From a virus (Duplodnaviria > Caudoviricetes): 53,277 bases of DNA. Under the pieces are notes generated by a model. That model was not told the origin of the DNA. It was given only the letters and a program-made list of their open reading frames with translations, and ran no database searches. Positions within the stretch are counted from its first letter, which is position 1. The number at the start of each line of letters is the position of its first letter. The stretch spans positions 1-53,277 of IMG/VR virus record IMGVR_UViG_3300030104_000348, one strand, 5' to 3'. A program made the translations under genes and the position numbers. This document shows positions 7,146 through 16,865 of the stretch, piece after piece.

Positions 7146-7425
7146 TACTTTCAAGGTAAACTCGGACAATAAAGATATATTAGTAACTGAGGAGCAACGT
7201 ATGAGATTTCTACAGCTGCATAACAAATTAAAGGATGCAGTAGAGTATGCTTCACAGTGTAAGGACTTACATCTATCTGACTTAGCCACGATGGAAGAAT
7301 TAGTACATCACTTACACACGTCACTGAGTTTTTCACCAACAAAAAATCCTAATACAGACCAACCAAATATTTATTCAGACTATGTATTGTCTTCAGATGA
7401 AACGGCTTGGGAACGTGTATACTAA
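7123..7425 (+). CDS. hypothetical protein
   Basis: AAGGAG RBS, 100 aa. Confidence 0.75.
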   Translation: MTKKKVNNTFKVNSDNKDILVTEEQRMRFLQLHNKLKDAVEYASQCKDLHLSDLATMEELVHHLHTSLSFSPTKNPNTDQPNIYSDYVLSSDETAWERVY

Positions 7426-7453
7426 AAATCTTCTAGTAATGGGAAGATAAGAC

Positions 7454-7482
7454 TTGACTTTTAATTAGATTTATTATATAAC
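7454..7482 (+). promoter_or_regulatory. sigma70-like promoter
   Basis: TTGACT-17-TATAAC, intergenic. Confidence 0.6.
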
Positions 7483-7514
7483 ACAACATCACTTAACCAA
7501 AAAGGAGATATATT

Positions 7515-8372
7515 ATGCCATATGATGTTTTACCAACGGTACATGAAGTACCTGAAAATTTAGATTTCTCTGTAGGCTTTGAAACTACAAAGTTTGATGA
7601 GAAGAAATATGTTATCAACGAAAAGACAGGAGACTATCTTGGTGTCGTAGGCACAGGATTTAAATGTGCTAATCACAAGAAGTTCTTTGATGGTGTTCAG
7701 AATATTATGGTAGATAACATACCTGATGCTATGATAGACTCTACTGTGAGATGGTCTACTGCTAGAAACAATGCTTGGGCTATGATGGATATTGTTATGC
7801 CTAATGTGTTTACTACAGTAGAAACAGAGAAGCATAGCACCAAGATAGGCAGAAGAGTTATAGCCTTGCATGGTGTAGATGGGTCTTGTTCTAATCAGGT
7901 ATTCTTTGGTGCTATAGATTTCTTCTGTACCAATGGAATGATTACAGGAGACTATGATAAAGTTAGACGTAAGAACACATCTAATTTCTGCATGGATAGA
8001 TTTATACAAGAACTTAATCAGAGTAGTTTAGATTTTGTAGGACAAACAAATGAACTACAAAAGTGGGCTGCTATAGAGTTGCCTACGTACTCTACGAAGT
8101 CTTGGAAAGAGTACCTGTCATCTATTATGAAATCAGATAGAAAAGCAGAAAAGATGATACCACTTGCACAACAAGAAATTCGTAAACGTGGCAGAAATGT
8201 GTTTGCATTGTATAGTGCCTTTACTAACTATGCTTCTTATGCTGACGAAAGAAATGGTTTCAACCTACGTAACACAGGTAGAGATACTTCAGCACAGTCT
8301 ATGTGGGCTAGAGAGAATGAAGTTATTAAATGGATTTCTACACCTGAGTTTAAAAAGTTGGTGGCTGCCTAA
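7515..8372 (+). CDS. DUF932/DUF945-family protein
   Basis: LGVVG, HGVDGS, FFCTNGM, LYSAFTNY motifs. Confidence 0.75.
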   Translation: MPYDVLPTVHEVPENLDFSVGFETTKFDEKKYVINEKTGDYLGVVGTGFKCANHKKFFDGVQNIMVDNIPDAMIDSTVRWSTARNNAWAMMDIVMPNVFTTVETEKHSTKIGRRVIALHGVDGSCSNQVFFGAIDFFCTNGMITGDYDKVRRKNTSNFCMDRFIQELNQSSLDFVGQTNELQKWAAIELPTYSTKSWKEYLSSIMKSDRKAEKMIPLAQQEIRKRGRNVFALYSAFTNYASYADERNGFNLRNTGRDTSAQSMWARENEVIKWISTPEFKKLVAA

Positions 8373-9277
8373 TGGGATATCTTACTCTTAAAAATTTAAT
8401 TAAAGAGTATTATTTATCGTTTGAGTTCAAGAGTTTACGTGACGAGACTAAACAACAATATCAATACTTTCTTAGCGTACTCTTGGACACAATGTTACCT
8501 GACCAAGATAAAAAGTTGGGTAACATTACAATAAATAATATAACAACTTTGATGGCTAAACATGCATACAATGATTGGTGTAATCGTGGTGTGCATCTAG
8601 CAAACCATGTTATGTCTGTAGCACGAGTCGTTTTTAACTATGGCATAAATATGGAGAAAATAGGGCAGAACCCATTTAGTAATGTAAAAAAGAGAACACC
8701 TGATGTACGTAAAAAAGTTTGGACAAAAGAACATGTTACAAATTTTTTAGATGTAGCTTACTCTGATTTTAACACACGTAGCATAGGCTTGATTGCACAT
8801 ATGGCTTACGATTGGTGTCAAAGATTGGGTGATATGCGTTTATTACAATGGTCTAATTTAGATTTATCTGAACAAAGAATGCATATAGAACAATCTAAAC
8901 GTAGAGCAGAAGTATTTTTACCTATCAGTGATGGTTTAGGTGAGATGCTTGTACAACAGAAAGAAGATTTTGGTTTTCAACCTTATGTAGCACCAAGAGT
9001 GAGACCTGTAGGTGGTAAGTATATGCCTTATTCGCTCTATAGGCTGCCTAGAGTGGCTAGAAAGGTAATGAGGGATGCCAATATACCTGATGAACTACGT
9101 TTGTCTGATCTCAGACGTACAGGAACTGTTGAGATGGTAGATGCAGGTGTGTCGATGGGTAATATTATGTCTGTAACAGGTCATGCTAACCCACAAAGTG
9201 TAAAACCATACATGAAAAACACATACACAAGTGCAAATTTAGCATTAACACAAAGAAAAAACTTGACAGACGTTTAA
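8372..9277 (+). CDS. tyrosine recombinase/integrase
   Basis: QRLGDM (box I Arg), SDLRRT, TGH, KPY (Tyr). Confidence 0.9.
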   Translation: MGYLTLKNLIKEYYLSFEFKSLRDETKQQYQYFLSVLLDTMLPDQDKKLGNITINNITTLMAKHAYNDWCNRGVHLANHVMSVARVVFNYGINMEKIGQNPFSNVKKRTPDVRKKVWTKEHVTNFLDVAYSDFNTRSIGLIAHMAYDWCQRLGDMRLLQWSNLDLSEQRMHIEQSKRRAEVFLPISDGLGEMLVQQKEDFGFQPYVAPRVRPVGGKYMPYSLYRLPRVARKVMRDANIPDELRLSDLRRTGTVEMVDAGVSMGNIMSVTGHANPQSVKPYMKNTYTSANLALTQRKNLTDV

Positions 9278-9291
9278 AATTATGATACTTA
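9263..9291 (+). promoter_or_regulatory. sigma70-like promoter for replication genes
   Basis: TTGACA-17-TACTTA with TG; weak -10. Confidence 0.45.
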
Positions 9292-9322
9292 CATATTATC
9301 ATTACATAGAGGAACATAGAAA

Positions 9323-10111
9323 GTGTTAGATTACATATATAGTTTAAATATCACTATAGGTGATACACGTAGAGTAGATTGCCCTGTTTGTAAAGGTTAT
9401 AAAACATTTACAGTAACAAATAATATGGGTTCTCTATTGTGGAATTGTTACAAAGCATCTTGTAATGTTAGTGGCAAGAAACGTGTACACTTATCTGTAG
9501 AGGATATACAAACTACGTTTAGTAAGACTATAGAATCAAACAAAGAAAATGATTTTATGTTACCTGAATATGTAGTTGATAGAAAGAACACACCTGATAT
9601 TATATCGTGGTGTGCCAAGTGGTCAATTAATGCAGATGATTTAGATTTGCATTATGATGTAAAAGAACATCGAGTTGTCTTTCCTGTATACAAAGACAAT
9701 ATAATTGTAGATGCGATTGGCAGGTCACTTGGCAAAAGATTACCCAAGTGGAAGAAATATGGCAATAGTGGGTTGCCTTTTTCTTTTGGTTGTGGTAAGG
9801 TGGCAGTAGTAGTTGAAGATTGTGTGAGTGCTGCAGTTGTAGGAAGTGATGTATTTGTTGGGGTAGCTGTGTTGGGTACATCTCTTTCTGAAATACACAA
9901 GAAGTATATTGCACAATTTTCAACTGCCATCATAGCATTAGACCCTGACGCATTACCCAAAACACTGTCTTTTGCAAAAGAACTACGAGGACACGTAAAA
10001 GATGTACGTGTTCTTAAATTACATGACGATTTAAAATATAGGAGTAAAATAGATTTAGATAATTTAAATAACCTAACCCCAAAGGAGAAACAGACATGGA
10101 ACTTTCATTAG
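9323..10111 (+). CDS. DNA primase (Zn finger + TOPRIM)
   Basis: CPVC...C..SC, VVEDCVSA, LGT, DPD; GTG start after GAGG. Confidence 0.88.
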   Translation: MLDYIYSLNITIGDTRRVDCPVCKGYKTFTVTNNMGSLLWNCYKASCNVSGKKRVHLSVEDIQTTFSKTIESNKENDFMLPEYVVDRKNTPDIISWCAKWSINADDLDLHYDVKEHRVVFPVYKDNIIVDAIGRSLGKRLPKWKKYGNSGLPFSFGCGKVAVVVEDCVSAAVVGSDVFVGVAVLGTSLSEIHKKYIAQFSTAIIALDPDALPKTLSFAKELRGHVKDVRVLKLHDDLKYRSKIDLDNLNNLTPKEKQTWNFH

Positions 10112-11322
10112 TAAGAAGTCTTATGGACAGAGCATTCTACGAAGATCATCGTGGTGCTAGATGTCCTGACAGATTATTTAGTAAAGACACAAGAAAGATA
10201 AAACAAACTATTGATAAGGCTATGGACAGATACGAAAGGTCTGTACTACCTGATGAGATAGAAGCATTGTTTATGTCTGACAATCCTGCATTAACAACAG
10301 CACAGAGACAAGCATACTCAAGTCTGTTTAGACAGATTAAGAATGAAAAACCTCTTGGCAAAGATATAGCACAGGAAGTGTTATCAAAGTTGTTTCAGCA
10401 GGTTGTTGGAGAAGACATTGCTAATTTAGGATTTGATTACGTAAATGGTACACAGGCAAGTCTTGAGCCACTACGATTATTACTAGAGCAGTATAATGAT
10501 GACTTTACACCTGATCTAAATGTAGAGTGGGATGACATTGACATTGAGACATTGTTAGCAAAGAATGCACTAGAAGCAAGATGGCATTTCAATATACCTG
10601 CATTAACAAGACAGATAAGTGGAGTTAATGAAGGACATTTAATTGAGATAGGTGCTAGACCTAACACAGGTAAGACATCTTTTCATGCTAGTATGATTGC
10701 TGCACCTGATGGTTTTGCACATCAAGGTGCTGACTGTATTGTCTTATGTAATGAAGAAGGTAGTCACAGAGTTGGTGCTAGATACCTGACTGCTTCAACA
10801 GGCATGACAATGCGAGAGATAAAAGATAATCCTACAAAGGCTCGTGATCTATATGAGCCTATCAAGAATAGAATAAAGATTAAAGATGCTACAGGTCGTG
10901 ACATGGCTTGGGTAGAATCTGTTTGTAAGTCTTATAAACCTGATGTAGTATTACTAGACATGGGTGATAAGTTTGCAAGAACAAGTGGCTTTGCAAGAGC
11001 AGATGAAGCACTAAAAGCAAATGCTATACATGCTAGACAGATTGCAAAGCAACACAAATGTGCCATGTTTTATATGTCACAATTATCTGCAGATGCAGAA
11101 GGTAAAGTTCTACTAAATCAAAGTATGATGGAAGGTAGTAGGACAGGTAAGGCAGCAGAAGCTGACCTAATGATATTGATTGCCAAGAACCCACCAAAGC
11201 AAGATGATGGTGAAGGTGAAGATTTAGAAAGGCATTTAAATATTGTTAAAAATAAGCTAACAGGATGGCATGGTATGGTCAACTGTCAGCTTAATTATCA
11301 AATAGGAAGATATGAAGCATGA
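10096..11322 (+). CDS. DnaB-like (SF4) replicative helicase
   Basis: GARPNTGKT Walker A, LLDM, SQL, EGS, KNK. Confidence 0.9.
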   Translation: MELSLVRSLMDRAFYEDHRGARCPDRLFSKDTRKIKQTIDKAMDRYERSVLPDEIEALFMSDNPALTTAQRQAYSSLFRQIKNEKPLGKDIAQEVLSKLFQQVVGEDIANLGFDYVNGTQASLEPLRLLLEQYNDDFTPDLNVEWDDIDIETLLAKNALEARWHFNIPALTRQISGVNEGHLIEIGARPNTGKTSFHASMIAAPDGFAHQGADCIVLCNEEGSHRVGARYLTASTGMTMREIKDNPTKARDLYEPIKNRIKIKDATGRDMAWVESVCKSYKPDVVLLDMGDKFARTSGFARADEALKANAIHARQIAKQHKCAMFYMSQLSADAEGKVLLNQSMMEGSRTGKAAEADLMILIAKNPPKQDDGEGEDLERHLNIVKNKLTGWHGMVNCQLNYQIGRYEA

Positions 11323-11759
11323 TTCAAAAAGAACTGTTTGAAATTGAACTATTACATATTGATGGTGAAACAAAAACATGTAGTAAATGTAATGAAAGAT
11401 TACCTTTAACTGCATTTAGTGTTTCATCAGGTGCTAACTTTCTTAGACCTGAATGTAAAAAGTGTAATAATGAATTAACAAAAGTAAGAAATCAATTAAG
11501 AGAAAAGCATGGTATGCCTAACTCTGATTATACGTGTCCTGTATGTGAAAGAGGAGAGACAGAAGTAGCAGGTAAAGGTGGACAAAAAAATGGTGCATGG
11601 GTTTTAGATCATTGCCATGATACAAGTACATTTAGAGGATGGCTTTGTCACAGTTGTAATAGAGCATTAGGTGGATTTTCAGACAGTGTTGACATTTTGA
11701 AAAAAGCTATTATATATTTAGAGAAACATATGGAGAAGATAAATGAAACTAATACTTGA
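11319..11759 (+). CDS. endonuclease VII-family HNH nuclease
   Basis: CxxC pairs, DHCH, RGWLCHSCNRALG. Confidence 0.88.
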   Translation: MIQKELFEIELLHIDGETKTCSKCNERLPLTAFSVSSGANFLRPECKKCNNELTKVRNQLREKHGMPNSDYTCPVCERGETEVAGKGGQKNGAWVLDHCHDTSTFRGWLCHSCNRALGGFSDSVDILKKAIIYLEKHMEKINETNT

Positions 11760-13761
11760 TGTAGAAAATACAGTAACAAAACGAGATGACAAAATGCATC
11801 TTGATCCATTTGAAAAAGACAATCAATTGATTATGGTTGGTTGTATTACAGAAGATGGTAAGGAGCATTTGTTTCATCACGAGACAGGCTTTGATGGTTT
11901 GCAAGAGTTACTAGATAGCACTACTATCCTAGTTGGTCACAACATATCTTATGATCTCATGTGGCTTTGGGAATGTGGCTTTAAGTATGATGGTGATGTC
12001 TTTGACACTATGCTTGTTGAGTATGTTATATTACGTGGACAGAAGAAGCCATTGTCTTTAGAAGCATGTGCTGCAAGATATAATCTTAATACACAGAAGA
12101 AAGATACACTAAAAGAATATTTTAAGAAAGGTTTAGGTGTAGATGATATTCCAAAAGAAGAGTTATCAGAGTATCTGTCTGCAGATTTAAATGCTACAAA
12201 GGAGTTATCAGATGAATTATATAAACAACTTGATAGTGATGAGCATCGTGGTCTTGTTAATACTGTTGCTCATACCAATCGTGTTGCCCTTACTCTTGCT
12301 AATATATATAAGCGTGGGTTTAATGTCGATACAGAGTCTCTTAAACAAGTACAGTCAGAGTTTGAGAAAGAAAAGATTGATGTCGAGAAGAGACTTTCTT
12401 CTCAAGTCAAAAGACTTATGGGAGATACACAGATAAATCTTAATAGTCCTGAACAGATGTCTTGGGTTATCTATAGTCGTAAACCTAAAGAGAAATCTAC
12501 ATGGCTAAATAACTTTACACCTTACATGAGTAAAACAGACTTACAAGAAAAGATACAAGACAACAGTGAGATTGTTTACAAGACTGTAGCAACAAAGTGT
12601 ATGAAATGTTATGGTTCAGGTTTTATAAAGAAGATTAAGAAAGATGGTACACCCTATAAGAATGATACTAAGTGTCCTAACTGTGATGGTTCAGGATATT
12701 TGTTTACACCTACTAATAAGGTAGCAGGGTTAAAATTTAAAGCACCTTCAGCAAAGTGGGTAAGTGCAAATGGATTTAGTGTTAATAAAAATATGCTAGG
12801 TATCTTACAAAGAGTTGCAAAAAGAAATAAGTCTGATGAAGCATATAACTTTTTAAATGACTTACAAAGACTATCTGCACTTGATACGTACCTGTCATCT
12901 TTTGTTGAAGGTATTAATACTTACATTAAAGATGATGGAAAGCTACATGTTAGGTTACTACAGCACAGAACAGCTACAGGCAGATTTAGTGGAGCAGAAC
13001 CTAACATGCAGAATATGCCTAGAGGTGGTACATTTCCTGTAAAGAAAGTATTTATATCTAGATGGGAAGGTGGTATGATACTTGAAGCAGACTTCGCACA
13101 GTTAGAGTTTAGAACTGCTGCATATTTATCACAAGATAAAATAGCAATAAAGGAGATTGAAAATGGTTTTGACGTACATAGTTACACTCAAAAAGTTATT
13201 TCTAATGCTGGTCAAAAGATTAGTAGGCAAGAAGCGAAAGCACACACCTTCGCACCACTCTTCGGTGCTACAGGGTTTGGGAGGTCAGCTGCTGAAGCAA
13301 CGTATTATGAACAGTTCACGAAAAAATACAAAGGAATCGCACTATGGCATTCCAGATTGGCTAAAGAAGCTGTAACACATTTTAAGATAAAGACACCTTC
13401 AGGTAGAGAGTTTGCATTTCCTGATGTATCTAGAAGAACAAATGGTGGTGTAACACATTTTACACAAATTAAGAATTATCCTGTGCAATCTTTTGCTACT
13501 GCAGATATAGTTCCATTAATACTTATGGATATAGATAGAAGATTAAATGGATACAAGTCTTGTGTAGTAAATACTGTACATGATTCTATTGTAATTGATG
13601 TACACCCTGATGAAGTAGAAGTAGTAAAGAGTATAATAAAATATACTAATAATGATATGACAAGCACTATTAATGAGCATTTTAATATAGATTTAAATGT
13701 TCCATTACTATTAGAAGCAAAAATAGGTAAGAATTGGCTTGACATGCAAGACGTAATGTGA
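11743..13761 (+). CDS. family A DNA polymerase with 3'-5' exonuclease and DnaJ-type Zn-finger insert
   Basis: DVE, GHNISYD, TATGRFS, DFAQLE, VHDS; CMKCYGSG and CPNCDGSG. Confidence 0.95.
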   Translation: MKLILDVENTVTKRDDKMHLDPFEKDNQLIMVGCITEDGKEHLFHHETGFDGLQELLDSTTILVGHNISYDLMWLWECGFKYDGDVFDTMLVEYVILRGQKKPLSLEACAARYNLNTQKKDTLKEYFKKGLGVDDIPKEELSEYLSADLNATKELSDELYKQLDSDEHRGLVNTVAHTNRVALTLANIYKRGFNVDTESLKQVQSEFEKEKIDVEKRLSSQVKRLMGDTQINLNSPEQMSWVIYSRKPKEKSTWLNNFTPYMSKTDLQEKIQDNSEIVYKTVATKCMKCYGSGFIKKIKKDGTPYKNDTKCPNCDGSGYLFTPTNKVAGLKFKAPSAKWVSANGFSVNKNMLGILQRVAKRNKSDEAYNFLNDLQRLSALDTYLSSFVEGINTYIKDDGKLHVRLLQHRTATGRFSGAEPNMQNMPRGGTFPVKKVFISRWEGGMILEADFAQLEFRTAAYLSQDKIAIKEIENGFDVHSYTQKVISNAGQKISRQEAKAHTFAPLFGATGFGRSAAEATYYEQFTKKYKGIALWHSRLAKEAVTHFKIKTPSGREFAFPDVSRRTNGGVTHFTQIKNYPVQSFATADIVPLILMDIDRRLNGYKSCVVNTVHDSIVIDVHPDEVEVVKSIIKYTNNDMTSTINEHFNIDLNVPLLLEAKIGKNWLDMQDVM

Positions 13762-13767
13762 TATAAC
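13739..13767 (+). promoter_or_regulatory. sigma70-like promoter
   Basis: TTGACA-17-TATAAC with TG extended -10. Confidence 0.65.
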
Positions 13768-13795
13768 GTCTACACCAAACTAAAAAGGAGACACT

Positions 13796-14728
13796 ATGAG
13801 TGATTTAATAACTATAAATACAGATAATTATGCAGTCATGGCAAAGGCTATGGGCATAGCAGGTGCTACTGTAGGCACAAAGACATCTAATAATTTAAAT
13901 AGATTAAGAATATGGCATTCACCTATTATGGGTGAAGAAAAGGTTGGCAACAAACTAAAGAAAGTAGAAGTTGTAGAAGGTGGTGTATATAGACTAGAGT
14001 TAGTAGATGATGATACATCTACATATTACTATGCAAAGACAGCCACAGTAAGACCTTTTATGCAAAGATATATGTTAAAAAGATATGAGTCTTTTAGCAA
14101 TGTAAAAGAAGGAGACCCTAAAGGTACATTTCATAAAACAATTATGTCTGATAATTTAAATACAGATTTAAAAGATAATAAAGGTAACTTTAATTGTGGT
14201 AAACCTGCAGGATATATAAAAGATTTTAAAGCACTTCCTGTTAACATGCAAGACCTTATAAAACAGACCAAACGTGTACGTGTCGTTTTTGGAACAATTA
14301 AATTAGATGATCCTACAGACATGTATGGTAGAGAGGTTGTTCTTGATGAAGTACCTTTTATATGGGAAGTAGATAATAGAGAAGCCTATAAAACTATAGG
14401 TGATCAATTTAATATCTATGCTAAGAAAGAAAAGCTACCATTAAATCATTATATGGTATTAAAAGAAAGTAAAGAAAATCCAATGCAAAATGGTTCTAGT
14501 TTCTATACACCTGTTGCACATGTTGACCTATCAAAAACTATAGGTATAGGTGAAGAAGATCATAAAACATTTTCTAACTTTCTTGATTGGATTAAAAACT
14601 ATAATGATGGTGTGTGTACAGCGTGGGATAACATAGTTCAAGAGAGACAGAGTGAAGTATCAGAAGAAGATGCAGAAACTGTTGATAACTTTGTTGACGT
14701 AGAATTGGAAGATGATGCTAAAAAATAA
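13796..14728 (+). CDS. probable ssDNA-binding protein
   Basis: position after polymerase, own promoter, acidic C-terminal tail. Confidence 0.5.
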   Translation: MSDLITINTDNYAVMAKAMGIAGATVGTKTSNNLNRLRIWHSPIMGEEKVGNKLKKVEVVEGGVYRLELVDDDTSTYYYAKTATVRPFMQRYMLKRYESFSNVKEGDPKGTFHKTIMSDNLNTDLKDNKGNFNCGKPAGYIKDFKALPVNMQDLIKQTKRVRVVFGTIKLDDPTDMYGREVVLDEVPFIWEVDNREAYKTIGDQFNIYAKKEKLPLNHYMVLKESKENPMQNGSSFYTPVAHVDLSKTIGIGEEDHKTFSNFLDWIKNYNDGVCTAWDNIVQERQSEVSEEDAETVDNFVDVELEDDAKK

Positions 14729-15464
14729 TCCTTTTCAAATACATAATATTAACTACCTATCGCCTAGCAGTATGAATACCTACATAAGCGATATGCCTAT
14801 GTGGGTAGCTAGGTATCTGTTTGGTATTAAATCAGACAGTGGTGCAGCAGCAATTAGAGGTATTGTGCAAGAGTCTGTGTTAGCTAATAAATATGAAACA
14901 GGTGAGTTTGATTTTAATTTATTAGAAATGCAGTTTATGACTAAATGCACAGAATCTAATATTGATTTAGGAAATGTTAAAGTAGAGAAAGAAAGAAATA
15001 CATTAAAAAACTTTGGCGAAGTTATTGATAAAAATTTTAAGTATAAAAACTTAGAAGACTATCAAGAAAAAGTTGAAGTACAGTTTGATGATATGCCTAT
15101 ACCTGTCATTGGCTATATTGACTTTAGGTTTAAAGATAAAATTGTAGATTTAAAAACATCTGCAAGAATGCCTTACAAACCTACTGAAGCACAGAAAAGA
15201 CAGATGGCATTCTACTCTATGGCATACCCTGATAATAGTGTAGACTTATTTTTTGCTACACCAAAGGATTATAAAAAGTTTACACTTAAAGATTTATCTG
15301 TATACAAAAAACAACTTAAAAAGGTAGCCTTTGGTATACAGAAGTTTTTGTCTATTAGTGATGATAGACATGAGTTAGCTTCACTAGTTTATCCAAACTT
15401 TGACTCATGGACTTGGAGTGATAAGCTAAAGAAAGAAGCAAAGAAAATATGGAGTGATAAATAA
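14712..15464 (+). CDS. PD-(D/E)XK (RecB-like) exonuclease
   Basis: LSPSS, GYID, DLKT, QxxxY. Confidence 0.8.
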   Translation: MMLKNNPFQIHNINYLSPSSMNTYISDMPMWVARYLFGIKSDSGAAAIRGIVQESVLANKYETGEFDFNLLEMQFMTKCTESNIDLGNVKVEKERNTLKNFGEVIDKNFKYKNLEDYQEKVEVQFDDMPIPVIGYIDFRFKDKIVDLKTSARMPYKPTEAQKRQMAFYSMAYPDNSVDLFFATPKDYKKFTLKDLSVYKKQLKKVAFGIQKFLSISDDRHELASLVYPNFDSWTWSDKLKKEAKKIWSDK

Positions 15465-15673
15465 TGACAGATTTAAAAGTAGATGAAATGGCAGAGATGA
15501 TTAAAGAAAAAGAGAAAGAACTCTTTGAACTTAAAAAAGAATATCGTGAACGTAGATCAGAAGGTTTACGTCATGCTATTGAACAACGTAAAGAAGCTGA
15601 AAAGTTAGTGCGTGATGAAATGAAAGCACTCGGCTACGATTATGGTTCAAATATACGTTGGTATAACTTCTAA
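15464..15673 (+). CDS. coiled-coil hypothetical protein
   Basis: TAATG coupling, 69 aa. Confidence 0.7.
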   Translation: MTDLKVDEMAEMIKEKEKELFELKKEYRERRSEGLRHAIEQRKEAEKLVRDEMKALGYDYGSNIRWYNF

Positions 15674-15675
15674 CT

Positions 15676-16128
15676 ATGTCAGCATATAGTGCTACCCAAA
15701 TAGCACGTAAAAATGGGTATAGGAGTGGTTTAGAAGACAAGGTTGCTGAATATTTAAAAGATAATTCTGTAACTTTTCTATATGAAAAAGTAAAAATAGA
15801 ATGGGAAGACCTTGCTTATCGCACCTATACCCCTGACTTTGTGCTTGATAATGGTATTATAATAGAAACAAAAGGTATGTTTACTACTGCTGACAGAAGA
15901 AAACATGTGTGTGTAAAGAATCAACATCCTGATTTAGATATAAGATTTGTTTTTGAAAACAGTAATAGAAAACTATATAAGAATGCAAAGTCAACTTATG
16001 CACAGTGGTGTATAAAGCATGGGTTTAGATACAACACTCGTATTATACCTGAAGATTGGCTAAAAGAAAAAGGAAAAAACAACCATCCTAAATTCATAAA
16101 GTTTTTAGGAAAAAAATTAAGGAGTTAA
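15676..16128 (+). CDS. T7 endonuclease I-like resolvase
   Basis: YRSGLE, YTPDF, IETKG, DIRFVF. Confidence 0.92.
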   Translation: MSAYSATQIARKNGYRSGLEDKVAEYLKDNSVTFLYEKVKIEWEDLAYRTYTPDFVLDNGIIIETKGMFTTADRRKHVCVKNQHPDLDIRFVFENSNRKLYKNAKSTYAQWCIKHGFRYNTRIIPEDWLKEKGKNNHPKFIKFLGKKLRS

Positions 16129-16130
16129 TT

Positions 16131-16442
16131 ATGACAATAAATTTTACAGATAAAAACCCTGCAGCCTTTTACATAGAACTTTTACCTGATCTTGATGAAA
16201 ACAATGCTTGGTTAGGTGGACTACAGGTAAATATTATATCTTCAAAAGATAATCCCATGCCTGTAGAAAGTAAAAGAGACCTGTTACATTTAAGTCAACT
16301 TGTTGCAAGTTCTGTTGCATTTATGGAAAAGAATGCAGAGTATGCTGATAAGTTAGAAAATTTTATAAAAGAACCTGAAGAACAAATAAAACATGAAGGT
16401 AATGTAATACATTTTAATTTTAAAACAAAGGGAAATGCATAA
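16131..16442 (+). CDS. hypothetical protein
   Basis: AAGGAG RBS; C-terminal NVIHFNF. Confidence 0.75.
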   Translation: MTINFTDKNPAAFYIELLPDLDENNAWLGGLQVNIISSKDNPMPVESKRDLLHLSQLVASSVAFMEKNAEYADKLENFIKEPEEQIKHEGNVIHFNFKTKGNA

Positions 16443-16705
16443 TGAGTAAACCAACAATAAAAGAAATAGTAGAGTTTCAAAAAAGTTCTGATATGGTAAA
16501 TCATCCACCACATTATAATCAGTATGGAATTGAATGTATAGATGCTATACAAGCCTGTACAGGTAAAGGTTTTGAAGCATATCTACAAGGTAATATATTA
16601 AAGTATCTTTGGAGATATGATTATAAAAATGGAGTAGAGGACTTGAAAAAAGCACAATGGTATCTATCTAAACTAATAGAGATAAGAAATGACAATAAGA
16701 GTTAA
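16442..16705 (+). CDS. DUF3310 / T7 gp1.7-like protein
   Basis: VNHPPHY, IECID, GNILKYLWR, EDLKKAQWYL. Confidence 0.88.
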   Translation: MSKPTIKEIVEFQKSSDMVNHPPHYNQYGIECIDAIQACTGKGFEAYLQGNILKYLWRYDYKNGVEDLKKAQWYLSKLIEIRNDNKS

Positions 16706-16865
16706 AATGATGATTACATTGGATATAGATACAGAAGAGTATATTGTACCTGCCGATGGAAAAGTAAATGATGAAATAGAAGATTTTGTGAGAGAAGCAT
16801 TTTATGATTTAGAAGGTGCTGAAGTAAAAAATTTTAGAATAACAAGTGAGGAGATACATAAATGA
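16689..16865 (+). CDS. hypothetical protein (58 aa), not in ORF track
   Basis: MTIRVKMMITLDIDTEEYIVPADG...; fills gap, ATGA-coupled to RNR. Confidence 0.7.
   Translation: MTIRVKMMITLDIDTEEYIVPADGKVNDEIEDFVREAFYDLEGAEVKNFRITSEEIHK

Noticed and set aside
14712-15464. Cas4 call
   Set aside because: Lacks the four-Cys Fe-S motif; generic PD-(D/E)XK nuclease
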